Source of the DNA: Gemmatimonadales bacterium | Lineage (GTDB): Bacteria > Gemmatimonadota > Gemmatimonadetes > Gemmatimonadales > JACORV01 | Direction of reading: 5' to 3' | Length of the DNA stretch: 64,000 nt | Assembly: GCA_035623395.1 (NCBI GenBank) | Contig: DASPTN010000086.1 | Location: 22,786-86,785 of the forward strand | Shown: piece by piece, positions 45,423 to 54,884 of the stretch | Layout: every line of letters starts with the position of its first letter | Numbering within the stretch: the stretch's first letter is position 1 | Notes under the pieces: model-generated | The model's input: the letters and a program-made list of their open reading frames with translations, nothing else | Database searches by the model: none | Told to the model about the DNA's origin: nothing | Position numbers and translations under genes: made by a program

Positions 45423-47431
45423 ATCACCGCCTGCGCGGTGGCGGGACGGGGCTGCCCGCAGGTCGGGCACGCGCTGAGCCGGTGCGCCCGGTCGCGGTAC
45501 TCTTCCACCGCCGACACGAACGCAGCCTGGCTCCAGGTCAACGGCGACACCGACAGCGGCTCGCCGGTGTGCGGATGCAGCTGCTCGGCCATGACGCCCG
45601 AAGGAAGCGCATGGCGGGCGGCCCAGCCGATGAGCTCGAGACCGCGCGCCAGCTCGTCCGGAGCCTGCGCCCGCATCAGGTGGTACCGCGCCAGCCACAG
45701 GGTACTCACGAACCAGGGATTCCCCGGCACCCGCGCCGTGTCCTGCTTCTCGACCTGCTGGTAGGGGTCGTTCTCGTACCGCGCGAGCCCGCCCACGTCG
45801 GTCTGCACCCGGAGCCGCTCCTCCACCTGCCGCATCGTCGATGCGACCTGCGGGTCGTCAGGCGGCAGGACGCCGAACTCCACCACGCCGAAGACGCTCG
45901 CATCGATCGTCGCGTCGCCCTGGTATCCGCCGGGCCCCGGCGTCGCCATCCGCAGGAAGCGCGCGTCCCGCTCGCTCCACAGCACGGCACGCATCGCGGC
46001 GAGCATCCGGTCCCCGACGCCACGGTAGCGGGCCGCCCGCTCGTCCTCCCCGAACGCTGCGGCGAGTCTCGCGGCCGCGTGCAGGCCGGCGATCACGGCG
46101 GCGACGGTGAACAGGTGCACGCCCCACCGCTCCTCCCAGAGATCGTAGGAGGGCAGCGGAAGCCCCGTGCGCTCGTCCACGTACTTCGTCAGGAAGTCCC
46201 CGGGGCGCGTCACCAGCGGCCGGTAGAACGGCCCGATGGTCTCGACGCGATGCGAGCGCTCGAAGTATTCGCCGAGCGCCCACACGACCAGCGCCGTCTC
46301 GTCCTCCTGGATGGGCAGCACCGGCTTGCCCTCGCGGACGTACCCGTGCCACGACGACGCGAGCGTCCCGTCGGGGTTGTACTTGTGCCGGAGGAACCCT
46401 TCGGGGGAGATCACGCGGGCACAGAACTCGAGGAACCGCTCCGCCGCCACGGCGTGGCCCGAGCGCAGCAGGGCGACGCTGGCCAGCGCGCCGTCGCGCG
46501 GCCAGGCGTAGGAGTAGGTGTCGCGGTTGAAGCGGACGATGTCCGTGTCGTTCGCGGCGAGGACCGCGCCGTCCGCGTCGATCTGGGAGCGGATGATGAG
46601 GAGGCTCTGGCAGTACCGGTCCACGACCTCGTTCGGCAGGTCCGCGAAATCGCGTCCCTCGCGGGTGACCCACAGCCGCCAGTAGTGCTGCGTGCGCCGG
46701 AGCAGCTCGCCCGGTGACTTGTCCCGGACCACGGCGTCGATGGTCGCGACCTCGTGGAAGTCGCGGCCGGCCGCCATCCAGTACCAGAACTCGCCGGTCT
46801 CGCCCGCGTCGACGGTGAGCGTCACGCCGATGGTCGAGTCCACCGAGCCCTGCGCGATCGGGTTCCCCTCGAGCACGCCGTCCTCGGCGTCGCGCCAGGT
46901 TCCCTCCGCGCCGCCGACCTCCTTCTGACCGCAGGCATAGTGCTGGACGCCGACAGTGCCGCCCGCCAGGCAGTTCATGAGGAAGTAGCGGTCGTCCTTG
47001 TAGTGCAGGACGGCCCCGGTCTCCGGCGAGAACAGCGCCGTGTCGCCGACGTCGTTCTCTTTGAGATGGAAGTCGTGGTGGAAAAAGACGCGGATTTCGC
47101 GCCGCGTCGCGCCGCGGTTGGTGACCCGGACCTGCCGCACCAGCACGTTCTCGTAGAAGTCCACGGCGTCCGTGAACTGGAGCGCGACGCCGAGCGCTTC
47201 GCTGGCGGCCGTCACGCTCGTGGCCAGGGTCGGATCGGCGTAGCGGCGCTGCGGGCCCCAGCTCGCGTCCAGCCACCCGAACCGGCCGTCGACCCATACG
47301 CCGACGCGGAACGGGTGGCCGACGACGTGATTCTCCATCCCGACGTGGGGGAAGTACACGTCGCGGATCCGGTACTCGAGGTCGAACGCTACGAGCAGCG
47401 TCCCGTTGGAAAGCGGCAGGTCGCGCGGCAT
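45419..47431 (-). CDS. glycoside hydrolase family 15 (glucoamylase/glucodextranase-like)
   Basis: ORF 45419..47452(-). I prefer ATG 47431 (MPRDLPLSNGTLLVAF) over the TTG at 47452. The (alpha/alpha)6 region has YSYAWPRDGALA, LWEERWGVHLFT and a C-terminal CPTCG tail. Confidence 0.85.
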   Translation of the reverse strand: MPRDLPLSNGTLLVAFDLEYRIRDVYFPHVGMENHVVGHPFRVGVWVDGRFGWLDASWGPQRRYADPTLATSVTAASEALGVALQFTDAVDFYENVLVRQVRVTNRGATRREIRVFFHHDFHLKENDVGDTALFSPETGAVLHYKDDRYFLMNCLAGGTVGVQHYACGQKEVGGAEGTWRDAEDGVLEGNPIAQGSVDSTIGVTLTVDAGETGEFWYWMAAGRDFHEVATIDAVVRDKSPGELLRRTQHYWRLWVTREGRDFADLPNEVVDRYCQSLLIIRSQIDADGAVLAANDTDIVRFNRDTYSYAWPRDGALASVALLRSGHAVAAERFLEFCARVISPEGFLRHKYNPDGTLASSWHGYVREGKPVLPIQEDETALVVWALGEYFERSHRVETIGPFYRPLVTRPGDFLTKYVDERTGLPLPSYDLWEERWGVHLFTVAAVIAGLHAAARLAAAFGEDERAARYRGVGDRMLAAMRAVLWSERDARFLRMATPGPGGYQGDATIDASVFGVVEFGVLPPDDPQVASTMRQVEERLRVQTDVGGLARYENDPYQQVEKQDTARVPGNPWFVSTLWLARYHLMRAQAPDELARGLELIGWAARHALPSGVMAEQLHPHTGEPLSVSPLTWSQAAFVSAVEEYRDRAHRLSACPTCGQPRPATAQAVM

Positions 47432-47716
47432 GTCGATCGGGTGTGGCAGCAATATAACCGCGGCCGGGACCCCTTTCCCGGCCGGTCCGCCCAGAGGCTC
47501 CGGCCGGATCGTCGCATGTAGCAGGCGCGCATGCGAGCACCGACCGGCTCCCGAGCGCTTCGATCTTCGGTTACTGGCTGCAGTTCCAGCCGGTCAGTCA
47601 GTGCGCCGCCTCGCGCCGGGCGAGCGGCCGAGGCAGATTCGGCCCACGGCGTCACCGTCGGGGAGCGGCTCCGACTCGACGGTGACCCGGGTTTCCGGCC
47701 ATCTTGTGGTGCGACC

Positions 47717-48412
47717 ATGTCCGCATCCGTCGAAACGCTGAAGCGCGCGGCCGCCGAACGGGCTGTCCAGTTCATCGAAAGCGGCTCGGTCGTCGGCCTG
47801 GGCACGGGCACGACCGTGCGCCCGCTGCTCGAGCTCCTGGCGGAACGCCTGCGCCAGGGCGCGGTGACAGACGTCGTCGCCGTACCCACCTCCGCGGACA
47901 CCGAGGCGCGGTGCCGCGCGCTGGGCATCCCGGTCGTCACCCTGGACGAACATCCCGGCGTCTCCCTCGTCATCGACGGTGCCGACGAGGTCGGTCCCCA
48001 CCTCGCCCTGATCAAGGGCGGCGGCGGCGCCCTGCTGCGCGAGAAGATCGTGGCTTCGGCCGCCAAGCGGTTCGTCGTGGTGGCCGACGAGTCGAAGCTG
48101 GTGCGCCGGCTCGGCACGCGCGTGCCGTTGCCGGTCGAAGTCATCCCGTTCGGATGGAGCGGTCTCTTGCCTTTCTTCGCATCCCTCGGGGCCGAGCCGG
48201 CCCTGCGCCGTTCGTCCGACGGCGGGCCGTTCGTCACGGACAACGGCAACTACCTCGTGGACTGCCGGTTCCCGCGCGGCATCGCGGATCCCGCCCGGCT
48301 GGCCCGCGCGCTCGCCAGGCGCACCGGCGTGGTGGAGGACGGCCTGTTCCTGCGCATGGCCAGTGTGGCCGTGGTGGCCGGTGCCCGTGGCGTGCGCCTC
48401 CTCAAGCGCTGA
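47717..48412 (+). CDS. rpiA: ribose-5-phosphate isomerase A
   Basis: ATG 47717 within ORF 47531..48412(+). Motifs are VVGLGTGTTV, IDGADEV and LIKGGGGALLREKIV. Confidence 0.9.
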   Translation: MSASVETLKRAAAERAVQFIESGSVVGLGTGTTVRPLLELLAERLRQGAVTDVVAVPTSADTEARCRALGIPVVTLDEHPGVSLVIDGADEVGPHLALIKGGGGALLREKIVASAAKRFVVVADESKLVRRLGTRVPLPVEVIPFGWSGLLPFFASLGAEPALRRSSDGGPFVTDNGNYLVDCRFPRGIADPARLARALARRTGVVEDGLFLRMASVAVVAGARGVRLLKR

Positions 48413-48425
48413 GCCGATCGCACTC

Positions 48426-50714
48426 GTGACTTGGCGCAGGCTGCTCGTCGCGACGCTGGCGCTCGGGTGTGGTGCGCTCGGCGACGGCGCGCCGGCCGCG
48501 GCCCAGGCCGCGCCCACATCGTGTCCAGAGCCGGAGCGCGTCGCGCCGGAGAGCCTGGTCGCTGCCGGTCGCTACTGGCACGCCACCCGCGCGGCGGGGG
48601 GCCTTTCCGGAGTCCGACGCTCGTACCCGTCGCAGGCCGCGGTCCTGCACCTCGACATCGAGGAAGGCCTCGGGCGCGCGCCCGACGCGGACGCGGTGCT
48701 CGCGCGAGTGTCCGGGGCGGACACGATCCCGGAGCTGCTCGCCCTGGCGGCGCGGCAGGACGAGAGCTCCGGACGCTGGCGCGCCGCCATTGCGAGGGAA
48801 CGGCTGCTGACGGCGCTGGCCGGCGCCCGGCCGGCGGCGCGTGCCGCCGCCGTCGTGCGCATGGCCGTCGCCTTCGAGGCGCTGCACGAGCCGGACTCCG
48901 CGGCGGACGCGTGGAACCGGGCGGCGCAGAGGCTTCCCGATCTCGCGGACTGGTTCGCGGTGCGCCGGGGAGAGCTCGATCCGGATACCACGTCCGCCTT
49001 CGCGTCGGTCGCCGACGTGCGTTCTCCCGGCGCGGCCGAGGCCGCCGACGACCTCGTCGCGCGCCGCCGAGTCGCGGCGGGCAATCTGCACGGCGCGCTC
49101 ACGGTCTACCTGCGGCGCGGCCGCGTGCTCGACGCCGCGGGAGTCGAGATCCTGCTCGGCCGTCCGGACGTCGCCCGTCTCCAGGCGGATGCGCAGCTCG
49201 CGACCGACCCCGCTCGGCCGGCCGCGCTGGCCGCGGCCACCTTCATCGAGGAAGAGCTGAGGAGCCCGACTCCGGACGAGCTGTTGGGCATCGCACGCGC
49301 CTACCGGGCGCACGGCGACTTGAGGTCGGCGGAGCGGTATCTGCGGCGCGCGGCGGAGGCGCGGGACACCAGCGCCGTGGCGTGGCTCGAGCTGGCACAG
49401 GTGGACGCCGCCCGGCATCGGCCGGGGGCCGCGGGCGCGGCGCTGTCCCGTGCGCGTGCGCGACTCGAGCGACAGGCCGCCGCACGGACCACGCTGGCCA
49501 GGACGACCGTCCAGGTCCTGGGCTCGGCGGGGCGGTGGATCGAGGCCGAATCGCTCGTGACGCGGCTCGCGCGGACCGATCCGGGCGACAGCGCCGTCGC
49601 CTCGGCGGCGCTCGCCCTGGCCGACCACGAGCGCTGGGGCGGAGCGCCAGACGCCGAGCGGCGCTGGTACCATCTCCTGGTCACGCGGTTCCCCGCCGCG
49701 CCGGCGGCCGCCGTCGCCCGGTTCCGCCTCGCGCTCGCGGCCTACGCCGAGGGCTCCGCGGACTCGGCGGCCGCCGGTCTGGCCACGGTCGTCGCCGCCG
49801 ACACGGCACGCCGCCTCGGGCCGGCGCCCAGGTACTGGGCGGCGCGACTCGGCCTGGAGCGGCACGACCCTGCGGCGGCGGCGCAGCTCGGCGCGATCGC
49901 CTCGGAGGATCCGACCGGCTACTACGGCGTTCGCGCGCGCGAGCTGCTCGGCGACTCGCTGCCGCTCGGGCCGGATTCGACGCTGCCCCCGGCGCCACAG
50001 GGCAGCTTCTCACCGACCCGCGCCGCGGACCGTATCGAGCTGCTGGCTGCCGCCGGTCTGACGACGGAAGCGCGGGCCGAAGCCCTGGGCTGGACGAGGG
50101 ACACGAGCGCCCCGGTTCAGCTGTTGACTGCAGCGGCGGCCGCCGCCACCAGGGCCGGCTTTGCGCAGGAGGCGATCTTCCTGGGAGTCGCCGCCCGCGC
50201 CCGGGCCCCGATCACGCGGGGGGTGGCGGAGGCGCTCTTTCCGCTCCCTTACCGCGCCGCGATCGAGGCCGAGGCCGGGGAGCACTGCGTGGATCCGATG
50301 CTGCTCGCGGCGATCGTGCGGCAGGAGTCGCGCTTCCAGCTCCGGGCGCGCTCGCGGGCCGGGGCGAGAGGACTGAGCCAGCTCCTGCCGCTCACGGCGC
50401 GGCAGATGAGCAGGCGATTCGGGCCCTGGGATCCGGACCTGCTCTACGTGCCGGACTTCAACCTCCACTTCGGCGCCCGCTATCTGCGCGACCGGCTGGA
50501 GCGCGATTCGCTCCCGCTGTACGCCGTCATCGCCAGCTACGATGCCGGTCCGCAGCACTTCATCCAGTGGCGTCAATGGAGGGAGATGCGGGACCCGGAC
50601 CTGTTCATCGAGCGCCTGCCCATCGCCGAGACGCGCGACTACGTCCGAAGCGTGTACGCCAACCACGCGTGGTACCGGCGCGTGTACGGCGCTTCCGCCG
50701 CGGGGCCGGGGTGA
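48426..50714 (+). CDS. soluble lytic murein transglycosylase (Slt70-like: superhelical N-domain + SLT domain)
   Basis: GTG 48426 (VTWRRLLVATLALG signal) within ORF 48363..50714(+). The C-terminal SLT catalytic region is LLAAIVRQESRFQLRARSRAGARGLSQLLPLTA...YDAGP. Confidence 0.8.
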   Translation: MTWRRLLVATLALGCGALGDGAPAAAQAAPTSCPEPERVAPESLVAAGRYWHATRAAGGLSGVRRSYPSQAAVLHLDIEEGLGRAPDADAVLARVSGADTIPELLALAARQDESSGRWRAAIARERLLTALAGARPAARAAAVVRMAVAFEALHEPDSAADAWNRAAQRLPDLADWFAVRRGELDPDTTSAFASVADVRSPGAAEAADDLVARRRVAAGNLHGALTVYLRRGRVLDAAGVEILLGRPDVARLQADAQLATDPARPAALAAATFIEEELRSPTPDELLGIARAYRAHGDLRSAERYLRRAAEARDTSAVAWLELAQVDAARHRPGAAGAALSRARARLERQAAARTTLARTTVQVLGSAGRWIEAESLVTRLARTDPGDSAVASAALALADHERWGGAPDAERRWYHLLVTRFPAAPAAAVARFRLALAAYAEGSADSAAAGLATVVAADTARRLGPAPRYWAARLGLERHDPAAAAQLGAIASEDPTGYYGVRARELLGDSLPLGPDSTLPPAPQGSFSPTRAADRIELLAAAGLTTEARAEALGWTRDTSAPVQLLTAAAAAATRAGFAQEAIFLGVAARARAPITRGVAEALFPLPYRAAIEAEAGEHCVDPMLLAAIVRQESRFQLRARSRAGARGLSQLLPLTARQMSRRFGPWDPDLLYVPDFNLHFGARYLRDRLERDSLPLYAVIASYDAGPQHFIQWRQWREMRDPDLFIERLPIAETRDYVRSVYANHAWYRRVYGASAAGPG

Positions 50715-50905
50715 GCGTCGCCCGGGCGATATTGCCGGCCGGCGTTGGCGCGGCGCTCGGCGGCGCGCGACTCCGGAGCGGCCTGGTGGCGATGCCTCGC
50801 GCTGCGTCCCGCTGACGAGATCGGCCGGCCGAGCGCCACGCCGCCGCAGTGTCCGTAGTGGCACGGAGTTGGTGACGGTCCGGACGCCCGGTTAGAATTG
50901 AAGCC

Positions 50906-51967
50906 ATGTTCCTCAAGACATCCGCGATGTTCACCGTGATGGCGGCGGCGTTGTCGCCTTCCCTGTCGGCCCAGGAACAGCGGCCGGCCGCGCGGTCCAT
51001 TCAGCCCGATTCCGGCGAAGTCCACCTCGCCAACATCCGCCAGCTCACGTTCGGCGGTCAGAACGCTGAAGCCTACTTCTCCTCCGACGGGACGAAGATC
51101 GTCTTCCAGAGCACCCGGGGCGATCACCCGTGCGACCAAGAGTACGTGATGAACGTCGACGGCTCCGACGTCCATCGTGTCTCCGACGGCCGGGGCCGGA
51201 CGACCTGCGGCTACTTCTTCGACCACGACCGCAAGGTGCTCTTCTCCTCGACGACGGCGGTGAGCGCCGATTGCCCCAAGCCGCCGGACTACTCGCACGG
51301 CTACGTGTGGGCACTCGAGGACTTCGACATCTACACGGCCAACGTCGACGGCTCCCACCGCCGTCGCCTGACACAGAGTCCGGGCTACGACGCCGAGGCC
51401 GTCGTGTCGCCCGACGGCAAGTCCATCGTGTTCACGTCGGCGCGCAACGGCGACCTGGACATCTACACGATGCGCATCGACGGCACCCACGTGCGCCAGC
51501 TCACGCACGAGCTCGGGTACGACGGCGGCCCGTGGTGGTCCCACGACGGCACGAAGATCGTCTACCGGGCCTACCACCCCGCGACGGCGGCGGATTCGGC
51601 CACGTACCGCCAGCTGTACGCGCAGCACCTGGTGCGGCCGCTGGAAATGGAGTTGTGGGTCATGAACGCCGACGGCTCCGACCGGCATCAGATCACGCAC
51701 CTGGGCGGGGCCAACTTCGCACCGTACTTCACGCCCGACGACCGCCGCGTCATCTTCGCCTCGAATTACAAGGACCCGCGCGGGGGGAACTTCGACCTGT
51801 TCCTGGTCAACCTCGACGGGACCGGGCTCGAGCAGGTGACCACCAATCCGGATTTCGACAGCTTCCCCATGTTCTCGCCGGACGGGAAGCAGCTGATCTG
51901 GGCCTCCAACCGGCACGGCAGCCAGCCGCACGAAACGAACATTTTCATCGCGGACTGGGTACCCTGA
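50906..51967 (+). CDS. TolB-like beta-propeller protein (PD40/WD40-like repeats), secreted
   Basis: ORF 50906..51967(+). A signal peptide is present. Repeated motifs include SSDGTKIVFQS, SPDGKSIVFTSARNGDLDIYTM, SHDGTKIVY and SPDGKQLIWASNR. Confidence 0.8.
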   Translation: MFLKTSAMFTVMAAALSPSLSAQEQRPAARSIQPDSGEVHLANIRQLTFGGQNAEAYFSSDGTKIVFQSTRGDHPCDQEYVMNVDGSDVHRVSDGRGRTTCGYFFDHDRKVLFSSTTAVSADCPKPPDYSHGYVWALEDFDIYTANVDGSHRRRLTQSPGYDAEAVVSPDGKSIVFTSARNGDLDIYTMRIDGTHVRQLTHELGYDGGPWWSHDGTKIVYRAYHPATAADSATYRQLYAQHLVRPLEMELWVMNADGSDRHQITHLGGANFAPYFTPDDRRVIFASNYKDPRGGNFDLFLVNLDGTGLEQVTTNPDFDSFPMFSPDGKQLIWASNRHGSQPHETNIFIADWVP

Positions 51968-52033
51968 GGACTGGTTGCGAGACGTCGAGTGCGAGCGGTT
52001 GCCAGGGGTGAGTGAAACGGAGACAGGAGAAGC

Positions 52034-52780
52034 ATGAGTGAAGCGTCGCAGGCGAAGGCCGACCAGCCCGAGGAGCCCGTGAAGCCGAAGAGGAGTCTCC
52101 GTCACTCGACCTGGGAGTGGGTCAAGTCGCTGGCGGTCGCGCTCTGCATCTGGTTCGTCCTGCGGACGCTGCTGGTGGAGGCGTTCCGCATTCCCTCGAG
52201 CAGCATGGAGCACACCCTGCTCGTCGGCGACTTCCTGTTCGTGAACAAGGCGCTGTACGGCGCCGAGGTGCCGCTGATCCACAGCCGGCTGCCGGCCATC
52301 CGCGAGCCGCGGCGCGGAGACATCGTGGTGTTCGATTCCCGCACCGAGGCCGGCGTCAAGGTCGTCAAGCGCATCGTGGGGATGCCGGGTGACACGCTGC
52401 AGATGAAGCGCGCCGTCCTGTGGCGCAACGGCGTCGCGCAGCTCGAGAACTACGTCGAGCACGTGGACTCGGCCGACGACCCGAGCGACCCCGGGATGCG
52501 CGACTGGCAGCTCGACCACCTGCTCCCGAGCGTGAGCCGCGACACCTACCGGCCCACCCGAGACAACTGGGGCCCGCTGGTCGTGGCGCCGGACAGCTAC
52601 TTCGTCATGGGGGACAACCGGGACAATTCCTACGACTCACGCTACTGGGGGTTCGTGCCGCGCTCCGTGATCCGCGGGCGGCCCATGTTCATCTACTACT
52701 CGTTCGATCACGACTCCTGGCACGCGCTCCCGTTTCTGACGGCCATCCGCTGGGGGCGCATCGGGCACCGGCCGCTCTAG
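52034..52780 (+). CDS. lepB: signal peptidase I
   Basis: ORF 52034..52780(+). Catalytic boxes are IPSSSMEHTL (Ser), VVKRIVGMPGD (Lys) and GDNRDNSYDSRYWGFVP. Confidence 0.9.
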   Translation: MSEASQAKADQPEEPVKPKRSLRHSTWEWVKSLAVALCIWFVLRTLLVEAFRIPSSSMEHTLLVGDFLFVNKALYGAEVPLIHSRLPAIREPRRGDIVVFDSRTEAGVKVVKRIVGMPGDTLQMKRAVLWRNGVAQLENYVEHVDSADDPSDPGMRDWQLDHLLPSVSRDTYRPTRDNWGPLVVAPDSYFVMGDNRDNSYDSRYWGFVPRSVIRGRPMFIYYSFDHDSWHALPFLTAIRWGRIGHRPL

Positions 52781-53919
52781 GGCCGCACCGGCTCCGCCTG
52801 CGGCGGCCGAGCCAGCGCCAGCGCCGCCCCCATTCCCAGCAGCCCCAGCCCCGCCCCGGCCCAGAACGGCGCGTGCAGTCCCGACGCACCGATGAGGAAC
52901 CCAGCCAGCGTCGGTCCCACGATCCGGCCCAGCGTCGACGCCGTCTGGGTGATGCCGAGTGCGGCTCCCTGCTGCGCAGCCGAGGCGCGCCGGCTCACCG
53001 AGGCGTAGACGCTCGGCGTCGCCAGGGCTGAGCCAGCAGAGAGCACGCCGAGCGCCAGGTAGAGCAGCGGCCGCGCCGACACGCCCGGCACCATGGCCAG
53101 GCCGATGGCAAGCAGCAGCGCTCCCGCCGCCGCGACCCGGCCCTCCCCCAACCGCGGCGCGAGACGGCCCACGACGCCGCCCTGCACGATCGCGGAGACG
53201 ACGCCCATGTAGGCGAACAGCATGCCCATCTGCCGGGTGGTGTCGCCCCACACGTCGCGGCCGAACAGCGGCAGGGTGACGTGGATGACCGCGAACGAGG
53301 CGGTCAACAGGAAGCTGGCCGCCAGCGGCGCGGCCATGGCGCGCAGCGGCCCGCGCTCCGAGCGACGGTCGCCGTGCTTCGGGGTCTCGGGGAGCCACAG
53401 CAGCGCCCCCACGGCGTTGGCGGCGCATAGGACGGCCGCGACGACGCCGGCGCTGCTGTAGCTGTGCATCGAGAGAACGCCACCCAGGGCGGGGCCAAGG
53501 ATGAAGCCCATGGCGAACGCCGCCCCCAGGATGCCCATGGCGTGGGCGCGACGCTCGGGCGGCGTGATGTCGGCGATGTAGGCCTGGCCCACGCCGACGG
53601 TGGCGCCCATCGCACCGGCGACGATGCGCGAGACCAGCAGCGCCCAGTAACTGCCGGCCAGCGCGAACAGCACGTAGGACGCCGTCGAGCCCACCAGTCC
53701 CACGATCAACACCGGCCGGCGGCCGAACCGGTCCGAGACACCGCCCCACACGGGTACCGCCACGAGTTGCAGCAGCGAGAAGCTGGTGACCAGGAAGCCG
53801 ATGGCCGCCGGCGATACGTGGAAGACGGCCGCGTACGTGGGCAGCAGCGGGAGGACGATTCCGAAGCCGAGGAGATCGATGAAGACGACTGCGAAAACGA
53901 CGCCGAGCTGCTTGTTCAC
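52777..53919 (-). CDS. MFS transporter
   Basis: ORF 52777..53919(-). About 12 TM helices. The MFS loop motif is GGVSDRFGRRPVLIVG. Confidence 0.85.
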   Translation of the reverse strand: MNKQLGVVFAVVFIDLLGFGIVLPLLPTYAAVFHVSPAAIGFLVTSFSLLQLVAVPVWGGVSDRFGRRPVLIVGLVGSTASYVLFALAGSYWALLVSRIVAGAMGATVGVGQAYIADITPPERRAHAMGILGAAFAMGFILGPALGGVLSMHSYSSAGVVAAVLCAANAVGALLWLPETPKHGDRRSERGPLRAMAAPLAASFLLTASFAVIHVTLPLFGRDVWGDTTRQMGMLFAYMGVVSAIVQGGVVGRLAPRLGEGRVAAAGALLLAIGLAMVPGVSARPLLYLALGVLSAGSALATPSVYASVSRRASAAQQGAALGITQTASTLGRIVGPTLAGFLIGASGLHAPFWAGAGLGLLGMGAALALARPPQAEPVRP

Positions 53920-53950
53920 TAGGGGGAGATCAGGGCACGCGCAACGCCGG

Positions 53951-54166
53951 TCACTTGTAGCGGTAGGTGATGCGGCCGCGGGTCAGATCGTACGGCGACA
54001 ACTCGACCGCCACCCTGTCGCCGCGCAGGATCCGGATGTAGTTCTTGCGCATCTTCCCCGAGACGTAGGCCAGGATCTGGTGGCCGTTCTCCAACTCCAC
54101 GCGGAACGTCGTGTTGGGGAGCACTTCCGTGATCGTGCCCATCATCTGGATGGCGTCGCCTGCCAC
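53951..54166 (-). CDS. infA: translation initiation factor IF-1
   Basis: ORF 53951..54166(-). The sequence [62 protein letters not shown] is near-canonical IF-1. Confidence 0.95.
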   Translation of the reverse strand: MAGDAIQMMGTITEVLPNTTFRVELENGHQILAYVSGKMRKNYIRILRGDRVAVELSPYDLTRGRITYRYK

Positions 54167-54291
54167 GTCCCGAACCTGCCTCTGGCTGAATGGGCCGCCG
54201 GGCCGGCTTCCTCCCGCGGCCCCCTAACCTAGCCGCCCGTTCGGAGCGGCGCAAAGGGGTTTCCCACAGGGCCTTGCGAATTCCCGATACA

Positions 54292-54309
54292 TTGTGAATG
54301 CATTCACAA
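54292..54309. promoter_or_regulatory. perfect 18-bp palindrome TTGTGAATGCATTCACAA = CRP/GlxR-type site (TGTGA-N6-TCACA)
   Basis: Read directly from the sequence. It lies in the lower-GC infA/cupredoxin divergent spacer. The centre is about 97 bp upstream of the cupredoxin ATG (54398) and about 134 bp upstream of the infA ATG (54166). Confidence 0.6.
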
Positions 54310-54397
54310 CACTCGGCAATCGCCACTTCGCTGCAACGGCGGGGTACGACCCGGCCGTTCGAGGAAGTGGTCCCCCACTGTGAGGAGTAAGGTCGCA

Positions 54398-54817
54398 ATG
54401 AACCGCTGGTCGCTCACGGCTGTCCCGTTCCTCGCGCTCGGCGCCGCCGCCTTCGCCGGGCCGTCCCGTCACGCCGCGCCGCCCGTCACGCACCACGTGC
54501 AGCTGGTGCAGCAGGGCGCCAAGTACCTCTTCGTCCCGGCCAACTTCACGATCAAGTCCGGTGACATCGTGGAGTTCGAGAACATCTCCGGCGGGCCGCA
54601 CAACGTGGCGTTCGACAAGGACCACATTCCGGCGGGAGCGCGCGACATCCTGAACAAGGAGATGGCGCGCCGGCAGGGCGATCTCATGGGTCCGTTCCTG
54701 ACCGCAGCGCACGAGAAGTACACGATCGCATTCACCGGGGCGCCCAAGGGCACGTACAGCTACTTCTGCCTGCCCCATCGGGCGCTCGGGATGGTGGGCG
54801 TCATCACGGTCGAGTAG
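54398..54817 (+). CDS. plastocyanin/azurin-family type 1 (blue) copper protein
   Basis: ATG 54398, 10 nt after GAGGAG, within ORF 54380..54817. A signal peptide is present. The copper ligand pattern is GGPHNVAF ... YFCLPHRALGMVG (His, Cys, His, Met). Confidence 0.85.
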   Translation: MNRWSLTAVPFLALGAAAFAGPSRHAAPPVTHHVQLVQQGAKYLFVPANFTIKSGDIVEFENISGGPHNVAFDKDHIPAGARDILNKEMARRQGDLMGPFLTAAHEKYTIAFTGAPKGTYSYFCLPHRALGMVGVITVE

Positions 54818-54838
54818 GCCCTCCAGCCGTGGCTTGCG

Positions 54839-54878
54839 GCACCTCCCGCCCCGGAGTAAGTCTGCCGGCGGGAGGTGC
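54839..54878 (+). terminator. 12-bp perfect hairpin after cupredoxin gene; 3' arm contains the SD of the next ORF
   Basis: GCACCTCCCGCC (54839-54850) pairs with GGCGGGAGGTGC (54867-54878) around a 16-nt loop. It is followed by TTCCGT, a weak U-tract. The GGAGG at 54871-54875 is the only SD-like element before ATG 54885. Confidence 0.45.
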
Positions 54879-54884
54879 TTCCGT

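Noticed and set aside
50718-50729. 12-bp perfect palindrome TCGCCCGGGCGA just after the Slt stop.
   Set aside because: It is too short and loop-less to form a meaningful terminator. GC-rich palindromes of this size are expected by chance in this composition.
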